Shown here: piece by piece, positions 10,973 to 24,284 of the stretch
Numbering within the stretch: the stretch's first letter is position 1
Layout of the letters: every line of letters begins with the position of its first letter
Notes under the pieces: generated by a model
Seen by the model: only the letters and a program-made list of their open reading frames with translations
Database searches by the model: none
Told to the model about the DNA's origin: nothing
Program-made: the position numbers and the translations under genes
NCBI RefSeq assembly: GCF_964213995.1
Contig: NW_027591652.1
Span: 1 to 64,000, forward strand
Origin: Mustelus asterias
Taxonomy: Eukaryota
Reading direction: 5' to 3'
Length of the DNA: 64,000 bases

Positions 10973-12943
10973 GTCGAATAAAACCTGCAGCAGACACTTT
11001 AATACAAAGAACAGCACAGCACAGGAACAGGTCCTTTGGCCCTCCAAGCCTGCGCCGATCATGTTTACCTATCGAGACCAATGGCCTGTATCCCTCTCTA
11101 CCCCGTTTGTTCATGTGTCTATCCAGATAAGTCTTAAATGTCACTAATGTATCTGCCCCAACCACCTCACTTGGCAGCGCATTCCAGGCCCCCACCACCC
11201 TCTGTGTAAAAACCTTCCCCGCACATCTCCACTCAACCTTTCCCCCCTTATCTTGAACTTGTTCCCCCTTGTAATTATCATTTCTGTCCTGGCAAAAAGC
11301 TCCCAACTGTTTATCCTCGCCACACCCCTCATAATTTTATAAACTTCCAGCTGGTCGTCCCTCAGCCTCCGTCTTTCCAGGGAGAACAATCCCAGTTTAT
11401 TCAATCTCTCCTCACAGCCAATACCCTCCATACCAGGCAACATCCTGGTCAACCCTTTCATTGGATTTGGGATGTGATTGTGGGTTTTCCTGCTATATCT
11501 CTTTCTCTTCAATCTTTCTCCCGTGATTGTGAGTTATCAGGGAGGGAGAGAGAGAGAGAGAGAGAAAGGGATGGTAACAGAGAGAGAGAGAGAGAGGGCA
11601 AAGGCAGAGGGGCAGGGAGAGGAGAGAGATTGGAGGGGAGTGGGTTAGCTGGGGGGGGGGGGGGGGAGCCTCCGCTGTGCACTCACAGCCCAGCCAGCTC
11701 CCCAGTCTCTGGTTCGGTGCATTAACCCACTCTGGTGCATTAACAGGCGCCAGAGTGTGGCGACTAGGAGAATTTCACAGTAACTTCATTGCAGTGTTAA
11801 TGTAAGCCTTACTTGTGACTAAGAAATAAACTTTACTTTATACTTTACTCTGAGATAAAGACCCTCACTCACAGCCTCCCAGAAGGTGGGATTTAGAAAC
11901 AGCGACTGTGTAACTGAGGCTGAATCTGTGATGTTGTGTTTGAAAATATATTTTCCTCATATTTGATGTGTTGTAAAGATATTGGAATCTGGCTGCTGCC
12001 ACATTGCAGTGAGAGAGAGATCTGGCTTTGCAGGAGGAGCTTCCCTCCCCATTTCCCCATGGAAATCACTGAGAAATAGCAAACGTGGCCCACAACACGT
12101 CATTATTTGAAACGGTCAGACAGAAACTTATCAGAGAGAGCATTTTAATCCCCATTCATCCCCAGACGGAGAAACAGAGCAGAGATCAGGACAGATTATC
12201 CAGAGTAGGAGAGACCGGGGCAGAGATGGGGTTTGGATATATATAGATCTGGGGGGAAAGCAAAAGAGACACAGAGGGGGCTGGACAGGTTCAGAGATAG
12301 AGGGAGAGAGAAACAGCGAGAGAAAGAGGGAATCAGAGAGAGGTGGGACTCTGCTCGAAGTGGAAGGTTCCCAGTTCAGATCGAATGTACTAACAGCACC
12401 AATGCTGGAGTGACTTATTATTTTCATTTGGGGTGGGGGAGAGATGGAGGGGAGAGAGAGGGAGACGTGTGGTTCCCTCATTTCCCACTCACTTCACCCC
12501 AATCCTCACTTCAAAATCACTTTGTATCTGGCCCTGTTCAAGCTGTGTGTGGGATCTTGCTGTGCACTCATGCTCTGTCCCCCTGCCCCATATTCCTCAC
12601 ACTATGACAGAGCCCCATGCTTTAAACATGAAAAGATGGAGGGGAAGGCGGGTGGGGTAGAGAGAGAGGAACAGAGAATGGGTGGGGAGTGTGGGGGGGC
12701 TCAGTGGAGGGGGGTAGGGGGATAGAGACAGAGGCTCTGGGGGTGGGGGGTGTCCTCCTGCAGTGTGGGACTCCCTGTGGGATCCTGATTGCAGCATTCC
12801 CAGTCTCTCTCCCTCTCACTGTGAAGCACTCGGGAGGGAGAGGGAGCTGAAATTCAAATTCCTGAGCCTGGGGGAAAGGCTTGTTCTCAATCCCAGAGTC
12901 CTGCTTGTGTTTTTAGACAGGGCGCTGGGATCTGTGGGTGTGG
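10973..12943 (+). repeat. Local segmental duplicate, paralogous to ~15014-16391 (partial third copy ~13235-13600)
   Basis: Collinear near-identical sequence; this copy carries extra CR1 and SINE-tail insertions. Confidence 0.85.
11004..11458 (-). mobile_element. CR1 LINE 3' fragment
   Basis: LGLFSLERRRLR...FTQRVVGAWNALP. Confidence 0.85.
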
Positions 12944-15900
12944 CTTTCTAAAGACACAACGCTGGATGGTTCGTTTTGGTTTTCTCAGCATTTCTTTTCA
13001 ATATTTACATTTCTCAAACACCACATCTTTAACCTTATATATGCAGCTTCATAACCATATTACAGAGAGACAGAGAGAAAGAGACAGAGAGGGGGGGAGA
13101 GAGAGAAAGGGAGAGAGAGACAGAGAGGGGAGAGTGAGGGAGAGCAGGAAAGGGCAGCAAGAGGTGAGGTTTGTGGGGGGTGCAGTGAGGGGGTGGGGGA
13201 AGAGACACAGGATCTGGGGGTCTCTCGTGTGGAGGGAGAGAGAGGGAGACGTGTGGTTCCCTCATTTCCCACTCACTTTACCCCAATCCTCATTTAAAAA
13301 TCACTTTGTATCTGGCCCTGCTCAGACTGTGTGTGTGGGATCTTGCTGTGCCCTCATGCTCTGTCCCCCCTCCTCCCCTCCTCATATTTCCCGCACCGTG
13401 ACGGCGCCCCACATTTTAAACATGAAAAGATGGAGGGGAAGGAGGGTGGGGTAGAGAGAGGAACAGAGAAGGGGTGGGGAGTGTGGGGGGGCTCAGTGGA
13501 GGGGGGTAGGGGGACAGAGACAGAGGCTCTGGGGGTGGGGGGGTGTCCTCCTGCAGTGTGGGACTCCCTGTGGGATCCTGATTGCAGCATTCCCAGTCTC
13601 TGAGAGAGAAAGAGAAAGACAGGGAGGGAGGGAGAAAGAGAGAGAGAGGGAAAGACAGAGAGAGAGAGAGAAAGAGGGGGAAAGACAGTGAGAGAGAGAG
13701 AGACAGGCAGGGATAAAGAGAGAGAGAAACAGTGTGAGGGAGAGAGAGAGAAAGATGGAGGGAGTGGGAGAGAGAGAAAGATGGACGGAGAGAGAGAGAG
13801 AAAGGCAGACAGGGAGTGAGAGAGAAAGATGGAGGGAGTGGGAGAGAGAGAGGGGGAAAACTGGAAAAGAAAGCAAGAGGTGAGGTTTGTGGGGGTGCAG
13901 TGGGTGAGGTGCAGTGAGGGGGTGGGGGAAGAGACACAGGATCACAGTGACCCGAGCCGGGAATTGAACCCGGGTCCCTGGAGCTGTGAGGCAGCAGCGC
14001 CAACCACTGTGCCCCCGTGTGGCCCTACACGTTATGATTCAATTCTGAGGGTCCCGGGGCGAGGGGGGGGGGTGGATTTCACTGCCTCAGCCCCTCTCTG
14101 CCTCACTCTCCCTCTGTATAAACATTTCCCAAATTAAAACACACAACACAGCGAACTGCACCTTCTGGGATCTTCCAGAGCACCACAGAGATTGTGTTTT
14201 AAAAAGGGTTTGGCTTCGTTTTAAGAGGGAGTTCAACCCTTTCTGAAAATTTGGGATGAGACACACACAAACACACAGACAGATACACACACAGACACAC
14301 ACACACACAGGGTAGTGAGTGGGGAAGGGGGCTCACAGCAGGCGAGAGTGTTGGGGGTGTGTTGGGGAGGACTGTGTCCCATCTGATTCAGGTTCACATT
14401 GTTGCTGCTGCTGTTGTGGGATCTTGCTGTGCACACACTGGGCCTGTGGCCTTTGCTCGCACTGCAACAGCGACCACACTTTATTAAACAAAATCTCGCT
14501 CACGGACCGCAAAGTGGGTTCAAAGGAAAGAAAGTGGAAACGGGGGTCGGGTAAATTAAAGCACTTAAATCACCGAGGCATCGTAGGCTGTGCAGCAAGT
14601 GCTGGGGAATGGGGGGAGTATAGATTGGGATTTGACGGCCAGCATAGACCTGGTGGGCCGAAGGGCCTGTTTCTGTGCTGTGTGACTCCAGATTCTCCTC
14701 TCTCTTTTCCCAGGAATTTCTATTTGGATGGAGGGTTCATAATTTCCCTGTCTCTGTCTCTCCAGCGTTCTTCCCAATCTCTGCACCCCTCCCCTCTCTC
14801 TCTCTCCCCAGACATTCCTGTCTATATTTCACCTTTCAATCAAATGTGAAGGAAAACACCAATGTGAATTTTTTTGATTTAATTTCAGGGAGGGAAAGAC
14901 AGAGAGAGAGAGAGAAAGAGAGAGACAGGGAGGGAGGGAAAGACAGACAGAGACAGAGAAAGACAGGGAGGGGGGGAAGGAGAGAAAGACAGAGAGAGAG
15001 AGAGAGAAAGGCAGCCGAATAAAACCAGCAGCAGCCGCTTTAATCCATCGGATTGGGGATGTGATTGTGGGTTTTCCTGCTGTATCTCTCTCTCCCATCT
15101 TTCTCCTTTGATTGTGAGTTATCAGGGAGGGAGAGAGAAAGGGAGGGTAACAGAGGGAGATCAAAGGCAGAGGGGCAGGGAGAGGAGACACACTGGAGGG
15201 GGGCTGGGTTAGGGGGGGGGGGTCCTCTGCTCTGCACTCACAGCCCAGCTCCCCAGTCTCTGGGGGAAAAGACCCTCACTCACACCCTCCCAGAAGGTGG
15301 GATTTGTAACCAGCGGCTGTGTGACTGAGGCTGAATCTGTGCTGTTGTGTTTGAAAAGATTTTTTCCCAATATAAAGATATTGGAATCTGGCTGCTGCCA
15401 CATTGCAGTGAGAGAGAGATCTGGCTTTGCAGGAGGAGCTTCCCTCCCCATTTCCCCATGGAAATCACTGAGAAATAGCAAACGTGGCCCACAACGCGTC
15501 ATTATTTGAAACGGTCAGACAGAAACTTATCAGAGAGAGCATTTTAATCCCCATTCATCCCCAGACGGGGAAACAGAGCAGAGATCAGGACAGATTATCC
15601 AGAGTAGGAGAGACCGGGGCAGAGATGGGGTTTGGATATATATAGATCTGGGGGGAAAGCAAAAGAGACACAGAGGGGGCTGGACAGGTTCAGAGATAGA
15701 GGCAGAGAAACAGGCAGAGAGAAAGAAACAGCGAGAGAAAGAAACAGCGAGAGACAGAGGGAATGGGAGAGAGAGGTGTGACTGTGCTCGAAGTGGAAGG
15801 TTCCCTGTTCATATTGAATGTACAAACAGCCCCAATCCTGGAGTGACTTGTCATTATTTTTATTTGGGGTGGGGGAAGAGATGGAGGGGGGGAGCGAGGG

Positions 15901-18900
15901 AGAGAGAGGGAGAAGTGTGGTTCCCTCATTGCCCACTCACTTTAGCCCAATCCTCACTTAAAAATCACTTTGTATCTAGCCCTGCTCAGACTGTGTGTGG
16001 GATCTTGCTGTGCCCTCCTCCCCGCCCCATATTCCCTGCACTGTGACAGCGCCCCACACTTTAAACATGAAAAGATGGAGAGGAAGGAGGGTGGGGTAGA
16101 GAGAGAGGAACAGAGAATGGGTGGGGAGTGTGGGGGGGCTCAGTGGAGGGGGGGTAGGGGGATAGAGACAGAGGCTCTGGGGGTGGGGGGGGTGTCCTCC
16201 TGCAGTGTGGGACTCCCTGTGGGATCCTGATTGCAGCATTCCCAGTCTCTCTCTCTCTCTCTCTCACTGTGAAGCACTCGGGAGGGAGAGGGAGCTGAAA
16301 TTCAAATTCCTGAGCCTGGGGGAAAGGCTTGTTCTCAATCCCAGAGTCCTGCTTGTGTTTTTAGACAGGGCGCTGGGATTTGTGGGTGTGGATGGAGAAG
16401 ATTGTTCTGTTTAACTGGGGGGTGGGAGAGAGGGGGGTTTGTTCTTTCTACCGGAGGAATAATGCAGCCTCTGTGACTAGGCCTCACTTCACGGCCTAAA
16501 TCTCAGCAGCACTTTTGCATTCGCTTAATTCCCCAACAGGGTTTAAGTGGCTGAATTCAATGGTTCAATAAAATGTGAAGCAGCCGCTTCAGGGTGGGAT
16601 TGTGGATTTTCCAGCTCCCGCCCCCTTCTCATTTCCCTTTTGATTGTGAGTTTTATTTTAAACGGTCAGACAGAAACTTAGAGAGAGCATTTCAATCCAG
16701 ATTCGCCTCGAGATAGAGAAACAGAGCAGAGATCAGGACAGGTTATCCAGAGACAGGAGCAGAGACGGGGTATTGGACAGATAGAGATCTGGGGGGAAGT
16801 GTGTAAGAGACGGAGAGGGAGAAACAGAGTGAGGGGAGAGAGGTGACTGATAGAAGTGGGAACTTCATTGGGGCCTCCTGTGTTTTTTCACTGGCCTGTC
16901 TCTGGAGTAAAGCCCCCAGAATGCTTTGATGTGTTTAATAAATTCAATATCGGGACAGTCAGGAGGCAGTTGGAAGTTCATTGCATTTGAAACGTGTTCC
17001 CATTTTGTCAGGGTTTAATAATGAGGAGGTGAAAATGAATGTTTCCCCCACCTCCCCCAGTGAGATTGTGAATTTCAGCAAGTCCTGGGATCTTGCTGTG
17101 CCTTTTATTGTTTATAATCAGCTTTTGTTTTGTGTTTAATCAAATTTCACTTTATTTTCTCTTTCTCTCTTCCAAGGAGAATTCCTTTGGAAACTTTGGC
17201 GATGCAGAGAGCGAATAGTTTTGCCGTGAGGAATCCTCGGACAAGAGCTATAACCAGAGAGAAAAATATTAATAAAAGTCCCCGTGTCTTGGTCGTTCAT
17301 TTTTATTCACAGATAGACTGGTGGGGCTTTTACACGGAGGGTTAGTGGTCTGTGTGTCAGGGGGAGGGGGTATTCCCAGTGATCCCTGCTCCAATGTAAT
17401 CCCAGATTTCAATCCCTCTCCCTGAAGCTCTGTCTGTGCAACTCCCCCATCCTCAGAACTGTTTCTCCACATCTTTCCAATCCCTGTCTCTCCCCATCCT
17501 TTATACCTCAGCCTCTCAAAATGGCAGCATCTTTCTCCCTTTTCTCTCATTCTCTCTATCTTTCACTCTCTCTCTGAAACTTTGTCACTGTCTTGCCAAA
17601 GCCCCACTTTCTATTTATCTCGACATCTCACTTTGTATCTCAGCCTCTCTGCACATCTCTCTCTCCCTCTCTGTGGATCATTTTATCTCAATCACAGCAG
17701 CCTCCTCTCCATCTCTCTCTCGCTCTATCTATCTCTGCTCCCTCTCTGACTCATTCTGTCTGAAGTACAGCAGCATTCTCTCTATCTCCATCTTTTCACA
17801 GTAACTTCATTGCAGTGTTAATGTAAGCCTACTTGTGACGAATAAAATTTGAACTTTAACTCTGCTTCTCTGTCTTATCTCTCTAGCTATCTGCTTGACT
17901 CTCTCTATCTCTCTCTGCTTCCCCCTCTCTCTATCTCTGCCTCCCCCTGACTCAGTCTGTTTGAATTAAAGTAGCATCCTCTGTCTCTATATCTCTATCT
18001 GTTCTCTGCTTCCCTCTCTCTGTGAATCATTGTCTGAATCACAGCAGATTCCTCACTAACTCCATCTCTATATCTCTGTCTCTTATCTCTGCTCCCTCCC
18101 TTCTCTGTGAATCAATGTCTGAATTACAGTCGCATCCTATCTCCATCTCTATATCTCTCTGCCTCTTATCTCTCTCTGTATCTGATCTCTGCTTCCCTCT
18201 CTCTGTGAATCATTCTGTCTGAATTACAGTAGCATTCTCTCTAACTCCATCTCTATATCTCTCTGCTTCTCTGCCTCTTATCTCCCTCTCTGCTCTCTCG
18301 TGGGGGACGGGCCAGATCACGGGTTTGCTGTTCACAAGCAGCAAAGGCCCAGGAACGCAGAGGGAGGGAATCGGGGGCAATTCAGAGGGATTCAGCACTG
18401 CTGAAAGGGGGGAGTGTGTAATACAGGGGCTTGTTCAGAGCCAGGGGCTATTAGACAGAGAGGGAAGGGGCTGGTGGGGGAGGCTGTTGTACAAGAGGGG
18501 GGAATATTATAACACAGGCTGACCAGAGTCAGGGGTTATCAGAGAAAGGGGGCAATTGAGGGGGGGGGGGGGAATCAGACAGGGGGTCTGTTGTACAGGA
18601 TGGGGGTGCGGGATGTTATAACACAGGCTGCTCAGTGTCAGGGGAATTAGTCGTTTGAACGTTAATGTTTAAAATGGGCAGAGTTTCCACATCCAACTCC
18701 ACCAGGAGCTGTTTACAGGGGGGTGGTGGACGGGGATAGATGTGTGGTGGGGGGGGGGGGGGGGGGGGGGTTACTAATTAGAAGGGGGGGGATCTGTCAG
18801 TCCAGAGGCTGTTCACAGGGAGGGAGTGGGAATTTGCCAGGTTGAGAGGGGTGGGGGGAAAGAGGGGAACTTAGAGGGATATTCAGCCGGGGGGCTTTGA

Positions 18901-19290
18901 AGATGGTTTGGGCAGTGGGGGAGCGGGGTACGGGGCTCAGAGGGAAGGATCGGGAGATTTAGAGGGATTGTGAGGAGGGACAACAGATTTGGCTGGAGTG
19001 GGGGGGGGGGGGGGGGAATTGGGATTGGAGAAGATTGGGCAGAGAGGATCAGGGGGAGGGGCAGAGAGGATCGGGAGGAGGGGCAGAGAGAGATTGGGCA
19101 GAGGGGAGGTTCAGAGGGGTTTAAGTGGAGGGACTGAGAGTGGGTTTGGGCAGTGGGGATTTAAAGGGGGTTTTGGGGGGTGGGGAACCTGGAGGGGAGA
19201 GGGGAATTTGGGGGTGAGAGATTGAGTGCGGCAGGTTTAGGATTGGGAGTGGGTTCAGGAGTCGGGGGGGGATTAGGCTCAGTGGGGGTT

Positions 19291-19566
19291 GGGTCTGTCG
19301 GTGGGTGTGGGGTTCGGGTCTGTCGGTGGGGGTGGGGTTCGGGTCTGTCGGTGGGGGTGGGGTTCGGGTCTGTCGGTGGGGGTGGGTGTGGGGTTCGGGT
19401 CTGTCGGTGGGGGCTGGGTCTGTCGGTGGGGGTGGGGTTTGGGTCTGTCGGTGGGGGTGGGGTTTGGGTCTGTCGGTGGGGGTGGGGTTTGGGTCTGTCG
19501 GTGGGGGTGGGGTTTGGGTCTGTCGGTGGGGGTGGGGTTTGGGTCTGTCGGTGGGGGTGGGGTTTG
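19291..19566. repeat. G-rich 25-bp minisatellite (GGGTCTGTCGGTGGGGGTGGGGTTY), about 11 copies
   Basis: Visible tandem unit. Confidence 0.9.
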
Positions 19567-19777
19567 GGGACAGGAGTTCAGGAGCTGGGGAGGGGCCCCT
19601 ATGGATAGGGCTGGGATTTGGGGGGAGGGGGGGTGAAATCCTGGTGGGACTGGAGGGTCTCAGAGGAATTGGTCAGGGCGGGTCTGAGAGGGGGGGACAG
19701 CTCGGGGGGGGGGGGAACAAGCGGGGGGGGGGGGGGGGGGGGAACAAGCGGGGGGGGGGGGGGAACAAGCGGGGGGG

Positions 19778-20249
19778 NNNNNNNNNNNNNNNNNNNNNNN
19801 NNNNNNNNNNNNNNNNNNNNNNNNNNNNNNNNNNNNNNNNNNNNNNNNNNNNNNNNNNNNNNNNNNNNNNNNNNNNNNNNNNNNNNNNNNNNNNNNNNNN
19901 NNNNNNNNNNNNNNNNNNNNNNNNNNNNNNNNNNNNNNNNNNNNNNNNNNNNNNNNNNNNNNNNNNNNNNNNNNNNNNNNNNNNNNNNNNNNNNNNNNNN
20001 NNNNNNNNNNNNNNNNNNNNNNNNNNNNNNNNNNNNNNNNNNNNNNNNNNNNNNNNNNNNNNNNNNNNNNNNNNNNNNNNNNNNNNNNNNNNNNNNNNNN
20101 NNNNNNNNNNNNNNNNNNNNNNNNNNNNNNNNNNNNNNNNNNNNNNNNNNNNNNNNNNNNNNNNNNNNNNNNNNNNNNNNNNNNNNNNNNNNNNNNNNNN
20201 NNNNNNNNNNNNNNNNNNNNNNNNNNNNNNNNNNNNNNNNNNNNNNNNN
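19778..20249. other. Assembly gap (others: 11-292, 44766-44899, 49390-49781, 60973-61100)
   Basis: N runs. Confidence 1.
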
Positions 20250-20751
20250 GCTGGTCTGATTATTGAAACAGAGAAACACTGGGTTGTGAATTGTGTCAGA
20301 AAACATTTGACAGACATTCAAAATGAGAATGAACATTGATGGCAACCTGTTCTCAGGGATTGTTTTAAATAGCACAATGATAACCTTGCGAAATGTATAT
20401 GCCAATATAAGCTGTCCCTTAGGCAGCAAAATACTCTGATCAAATAGACCCTTTGATCAAAGAGACCTTGAAAAGGAGAGTGAAGATGGGGAAAGTGCTG
20501 CACAATAATTCACACAGGCAAGAAAATGTCATCAAAGGTTGAAGCGTGAGTTAAGGAACTGTAAATGTATTTTTAGTATAGTTGCAAGTTAAAAATTCAA
20601 CTGTGGCTCAGCCGTTCGTGTTGAGTGTTGTGTTTAGTTTTGATATTTTGTTTATGACCCTGTGACTATCACTGTCGAGACAAAATAATTATTTCTGTTT
20701 ATCAGTGTGGGAGCGCCCTCTGCTGATCACTAACCGGAACTCCCAGTCTGG

Positions 20752-20789
20752 GGTTTTTGTGCGGGGTTCGCTCCATCTGTACCAGTGTG
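20752..20789 (-). other. Recombination signal sequence of V1 (CACACTG-22 bp-ACAAAAACC)
   Basis: Heptamer 20789-20783, 22-bp spacer, consensus nonamer 20760-20752. Confidence 0.93.
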
Positions 20790-21332
20790 GGCTCCATGGC
20801 ACAGAAATACACGGCGCTGTCGGACAGAACAGCTCTGGCGATATTCAAAGGAACAGTATTGTTTCCTTTGTGCAAAGCAGCCGAGAATCTATCTGAGAAA
20901 TCCGGAGACTTATCGGTATTGCCCGAGCTATATATCTTCATCAAATATCTCAGAGCTTGCCCGGGATACTGGATGTACCAGAACATAGTTTGAAAAGCAG
21001 CTGTCGAGCTTTTACAGTCCAGTGTTACGTTCTGTCCTTCCAGAACCGATAATTCAGATCGATCTTGAAACACTGAATCTTCAGCATTTGCCCCTGTAAC
21101 AAAACACAGAAGTTATTCAGTATCTGGGAGGGAAGAGAGCCCATGGGACAGACACTGATCGTTTAAACATTGACTCAAAAAAAGAAAATGCTCGAAATTT
21201 TCAGTAGATCTGACAACATCTGTGAGAGGCGAACAGAGATAAAGTTTCAAGTCAGGATGACACTTTGTCAGAGTTTATTGACTCACCGGGCAGCAAGACC
21301 ATTATTATCAGCAAACAAAGTAAGGAGCACAT
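20790..21332 (-). CDS. TRAV: TCR alpha/delta-type V gene segment V1 (leader exon 21332-21287, V exon 21093-20790), apparently functional
   Basis: Leader MCSLLCLLIIMVLLP|G with GT/AG phase-1 intron. V exon EDSVFQ...TLDC...WYIQYPG...DSAVYFCAMEP has the canonical Cys/Trp/Cys and is directly followed by an RSS. Alpha versus delta cannot be resolved here. Confidence 0.93.
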
Positions 21333-22644
21333 GGTGTCTGGTTTCGGGTTCGGCAGAAATGAAGCACTATTTGAAATGTGTTGACATTTCTGTTCTGATA
21401 TTCAAGCGGAAATTCATATCAGCGGAAACGTAATTTACTCAGAAATTATGGGGCGTTTCCCAGCGACAGGATTGGCCGCTTTCTCAGGATTGATGGTCGT
21501 CGGGCATCAATCAGCGTTCGCTCGACTAATAAGTTCTGAGTTTCTCTTTCTCCCTGTCTTTCTCAGATTCCCCTGCTCTCTCTTCGTTTGGAGCCTGTCT
21601 ATCTCGCTCTGTCATTCCGCCTCTGTTTGTCTCGCCCCCATTGCTCTGCTTCTGACCGTCTCTGTCTTCGCACTGGCTCTCCGTTCTTATCTTTCTCCCC
21701 TTCTCCCTAAAATTCAGAGTTCAGACAATCCGATTTCCCTCACTCTCCTATTTCAATGAATCCACTAAGTTACTCATTCTTTTGGTGCAACAAATGTAGA
21801 AAACGTTAATAACCAGAAGTTACGAGGTAAATTATGATGGAAATATTTAAATGTAAATAACTAAAGAATATAGGAAATGAATGTGAATCCAGGGTCATAT
21901 TTACATCTTGTGTTGTTATTTTAGAAAAGGCATCTTATCGGAATCTTGAGGGCTTCATATTGTTTAGAATGAGTTTTATAACCACTCTTTATAACCACTA
22001 TTTTAACCAATCCAGCTACTCAGCTATTCGGTCCCACTCTTTATAACCACTATTATAACCAATCCAGCTACTCAGCTATTCGGTCCCACTTTCCATCTCC
22101 ATCACTGATGAAGATTCCGCTTTGTATTGGATCATTTACTAACCCTGACCTTCCTGGTGCGAGACTGCTGGTCCGCGCTATGGAATGAACTTTCAGCTGC
22201 CGCTCCTACAGACAGGCAAATTTATATGATTTCCAATGCGATATCGAACCAGATAAACATATCTACAAGAACCCATAGTGCTAACCATCTATGGTTCAGT
22301 ACCCATAGTGATAACCATCTATGGTTCACCACACCTATTGCCCAATTCGCAGGCTTTGTTCATCGACGGCTCCTTTGGCTGTCAGCGCCGGGAGGAAGGA
22401 ACTAAGTGAGTTTCTTCGCCTCTTGGGCACCTGGACAGGGATTAAACCCAAACCTGTCCATTTAACCTTGTCAACCGATAAGTTGGAGAAAGAACTGGAA
22501 ATCAGTTAATTTTATTTAATTTTAACTGTTCTCTACCTTTTATTTCTTTATTCTCTTTATTTATCCCCACGACCCTTTCCCCTATCTCAGCATTGCAGTG
22601 TTTAAACAAGAGTGCATTGTCACAGCAGCACCTTGACCTTCAGT

Positions 22645-22852
22645 TTCAGTTTATTTATTAGTGTCAGAAGTAGGCTTACATTAACACTACAATGAAGTTA
22701 CTGTGAGAATCCCCTAGTCGCCCACACTCCGGCGCCTGTTCGGGTTACACTGAGGGGGAATTTAGCACGGCCAATGCACCCGAACCAGCACATCTTTCAG
22801 ACTGTGGGAGGAAACCGGAGCACCCGGAGGAAACCCACGCAGACACGGGGAG
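22645..22852 (-). mobile_element. Truncated HE1-like SINE (same truncation at 39870-40082 and 53610-53813)
   Basis: Core and tail only. Confidence 0.85.
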
Positions 22853-23689
22853 GGGACAGCCGTGTCACTGTCACGGGGCAGAAACATTATCAAACCTCAC
22901 TGCTCCGATATTTCCGAATTCAAGTTTATTGTTGAATGTGAACGGAACTGGGTATCAATCAAAATATTGAATATTTACTCTTCACCATTTCTGAGAAAAC
23001 ACACAGAGCAAAATATCCAGCGTTTTCTGCTGGCAAAGGGGTTTGGACAGTGGGGGCTGGAATATTGCTGCTTTTCCCTGTCTCGCTCGCTGTAGAATGA
23101 GGAAGAGAGAATAATTAATGGGTTTGGCAGAATAGAATCATTGAATGGATTTCTAATGGGTTCGAAGCAGCCACAATTTAAGGCTAATAATCGCAGAACA
23201 CCCATTGCAGACACATGCATGTCACCGGGAATTAGCTCTCCTACAACCGCTGCCGTCTCCCTTCAAGCCTTTCGGTCTCTTGTCTGTAACCAAATAATCG
23301 GACAGTCCCGAAGCTGATATTAGGTTTGAATTCCTCTTGTGCTGTAACGAGAATACTTCCAATATCTCCAATCAGTTACTTTCACTGCTGACATCAGAGT
23401 CAATGTTCCAGCGTCATAAAGAAGGGAAAGCTGCCTTGACTGGCTCTGCTCAGTCAGACAGTTCACCCTTCAATCTCCTCTGATTAAGGTTCCCAGAGAG
23501 TTTCTAAAGATTCACAACTCTGGCAACCATAATAATATATCTCCTGAAGCAATATAAGTTTGCTATCGATGCTAATATAACATTTCTGTTTGGGCTTTTG
23601 CTCTTTTAGTTGCATTCTCTCAATATTGTTATTGGCCGTGGTTGTGAGTCTGGAATTCGCCCCGATACCGAACCCAACACGGTATCTCA

Positions 23690-23703
23690 CTGCCCTCTGA
23701 TGG
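23690..23703 (-). promoter_or_regulatory. CTCF-like motif
   Basis: CCATCAGAGGGCAG, one mismatch to the core. Confidence 0.5.
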
Positions 23704-23911
23704 GGGGTGACATGGAACTGCAAAGTGCAACTTTCGACCACCTGTGAGTCTTCGGGACTCAAGTTTGTGTTCAACAATTTCCGGTCGTGAATTCTACCAC
23801 GATCGTCTTTATGTCCTTTGTTCAAATTTTAGTCTGCACCTGGGGTGGAGAATCTTTTTGGCTATGAGTCCACCTCCGCCAGACAAAGAGAACCTTTTTC
23901 CATATCTGGGT

Positions 23912-24005
23912 CATGGAGATTCTGTCACTCAGCCGATGTCCTCAGCAGTCCAGACAGAAGGAGAAGCGGTGACTTACAATGTATCTGGAACACGACGTTT
24001 TACTC
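23912..24005 (+). pseudogene. 5' relic of a TCR V exon (FR1)
   Basis: GDSVTQPMSSAVQTEGEAVT, then a 1-nt frameshift into LQCIWNTT. Typical V FR1 up to the first Cys, then truncated; no RSS. Confidence 0.65.
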
Positions 24006-24284
24006 CCTGAAGAGGGGAACATTCTGAACAAATCAATTAAGTCGCTTTTGTATCTTCTTGCTTATAGAATAAAGAAACTAAATTAGCCTGTTAATCCCTG
24101 GCGCTATTCTGATTTGCACAGTAAGTACTGGAAAACGTTCATCAAACCAGATAAACATACTGATGGCAACTTAATTAACCATCTGAAATATCCATGTAAT
24201 GCATAGAATGGAGGTTCCACAAACTATCGCAGATACAAACACGTTTACATTAACTCTTGATATTTCATTCCTCTACCTTCGCAG

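Larger units (their letters stand above)
20250..21986 (-). repeat. Inverted duplication arm, paired with ~32653-34389
   Basis: Reverse-complement identity across the V1/V5 gene, promoter and 3' flank; left end limited by a gap. Confidence 0.9.

Noticed and set aside
19305-20429. Long ORFs through the gap
   Set aside because: Artefacts of N runs and G-rich repeats; the same applies to ORFs over the other gaps
21450-21475. MHC-type SXY module
   Set aside because: The X-like and CCAAT elements are nearly adjacent rather than ~20 bp apart, and there is no S box
23195-23300. Possible minus-strand V relic (W-YRQETERLE...HVS)
   Set aside because: Needs several frameshifts, and has no Cys motif or RSS; too weak
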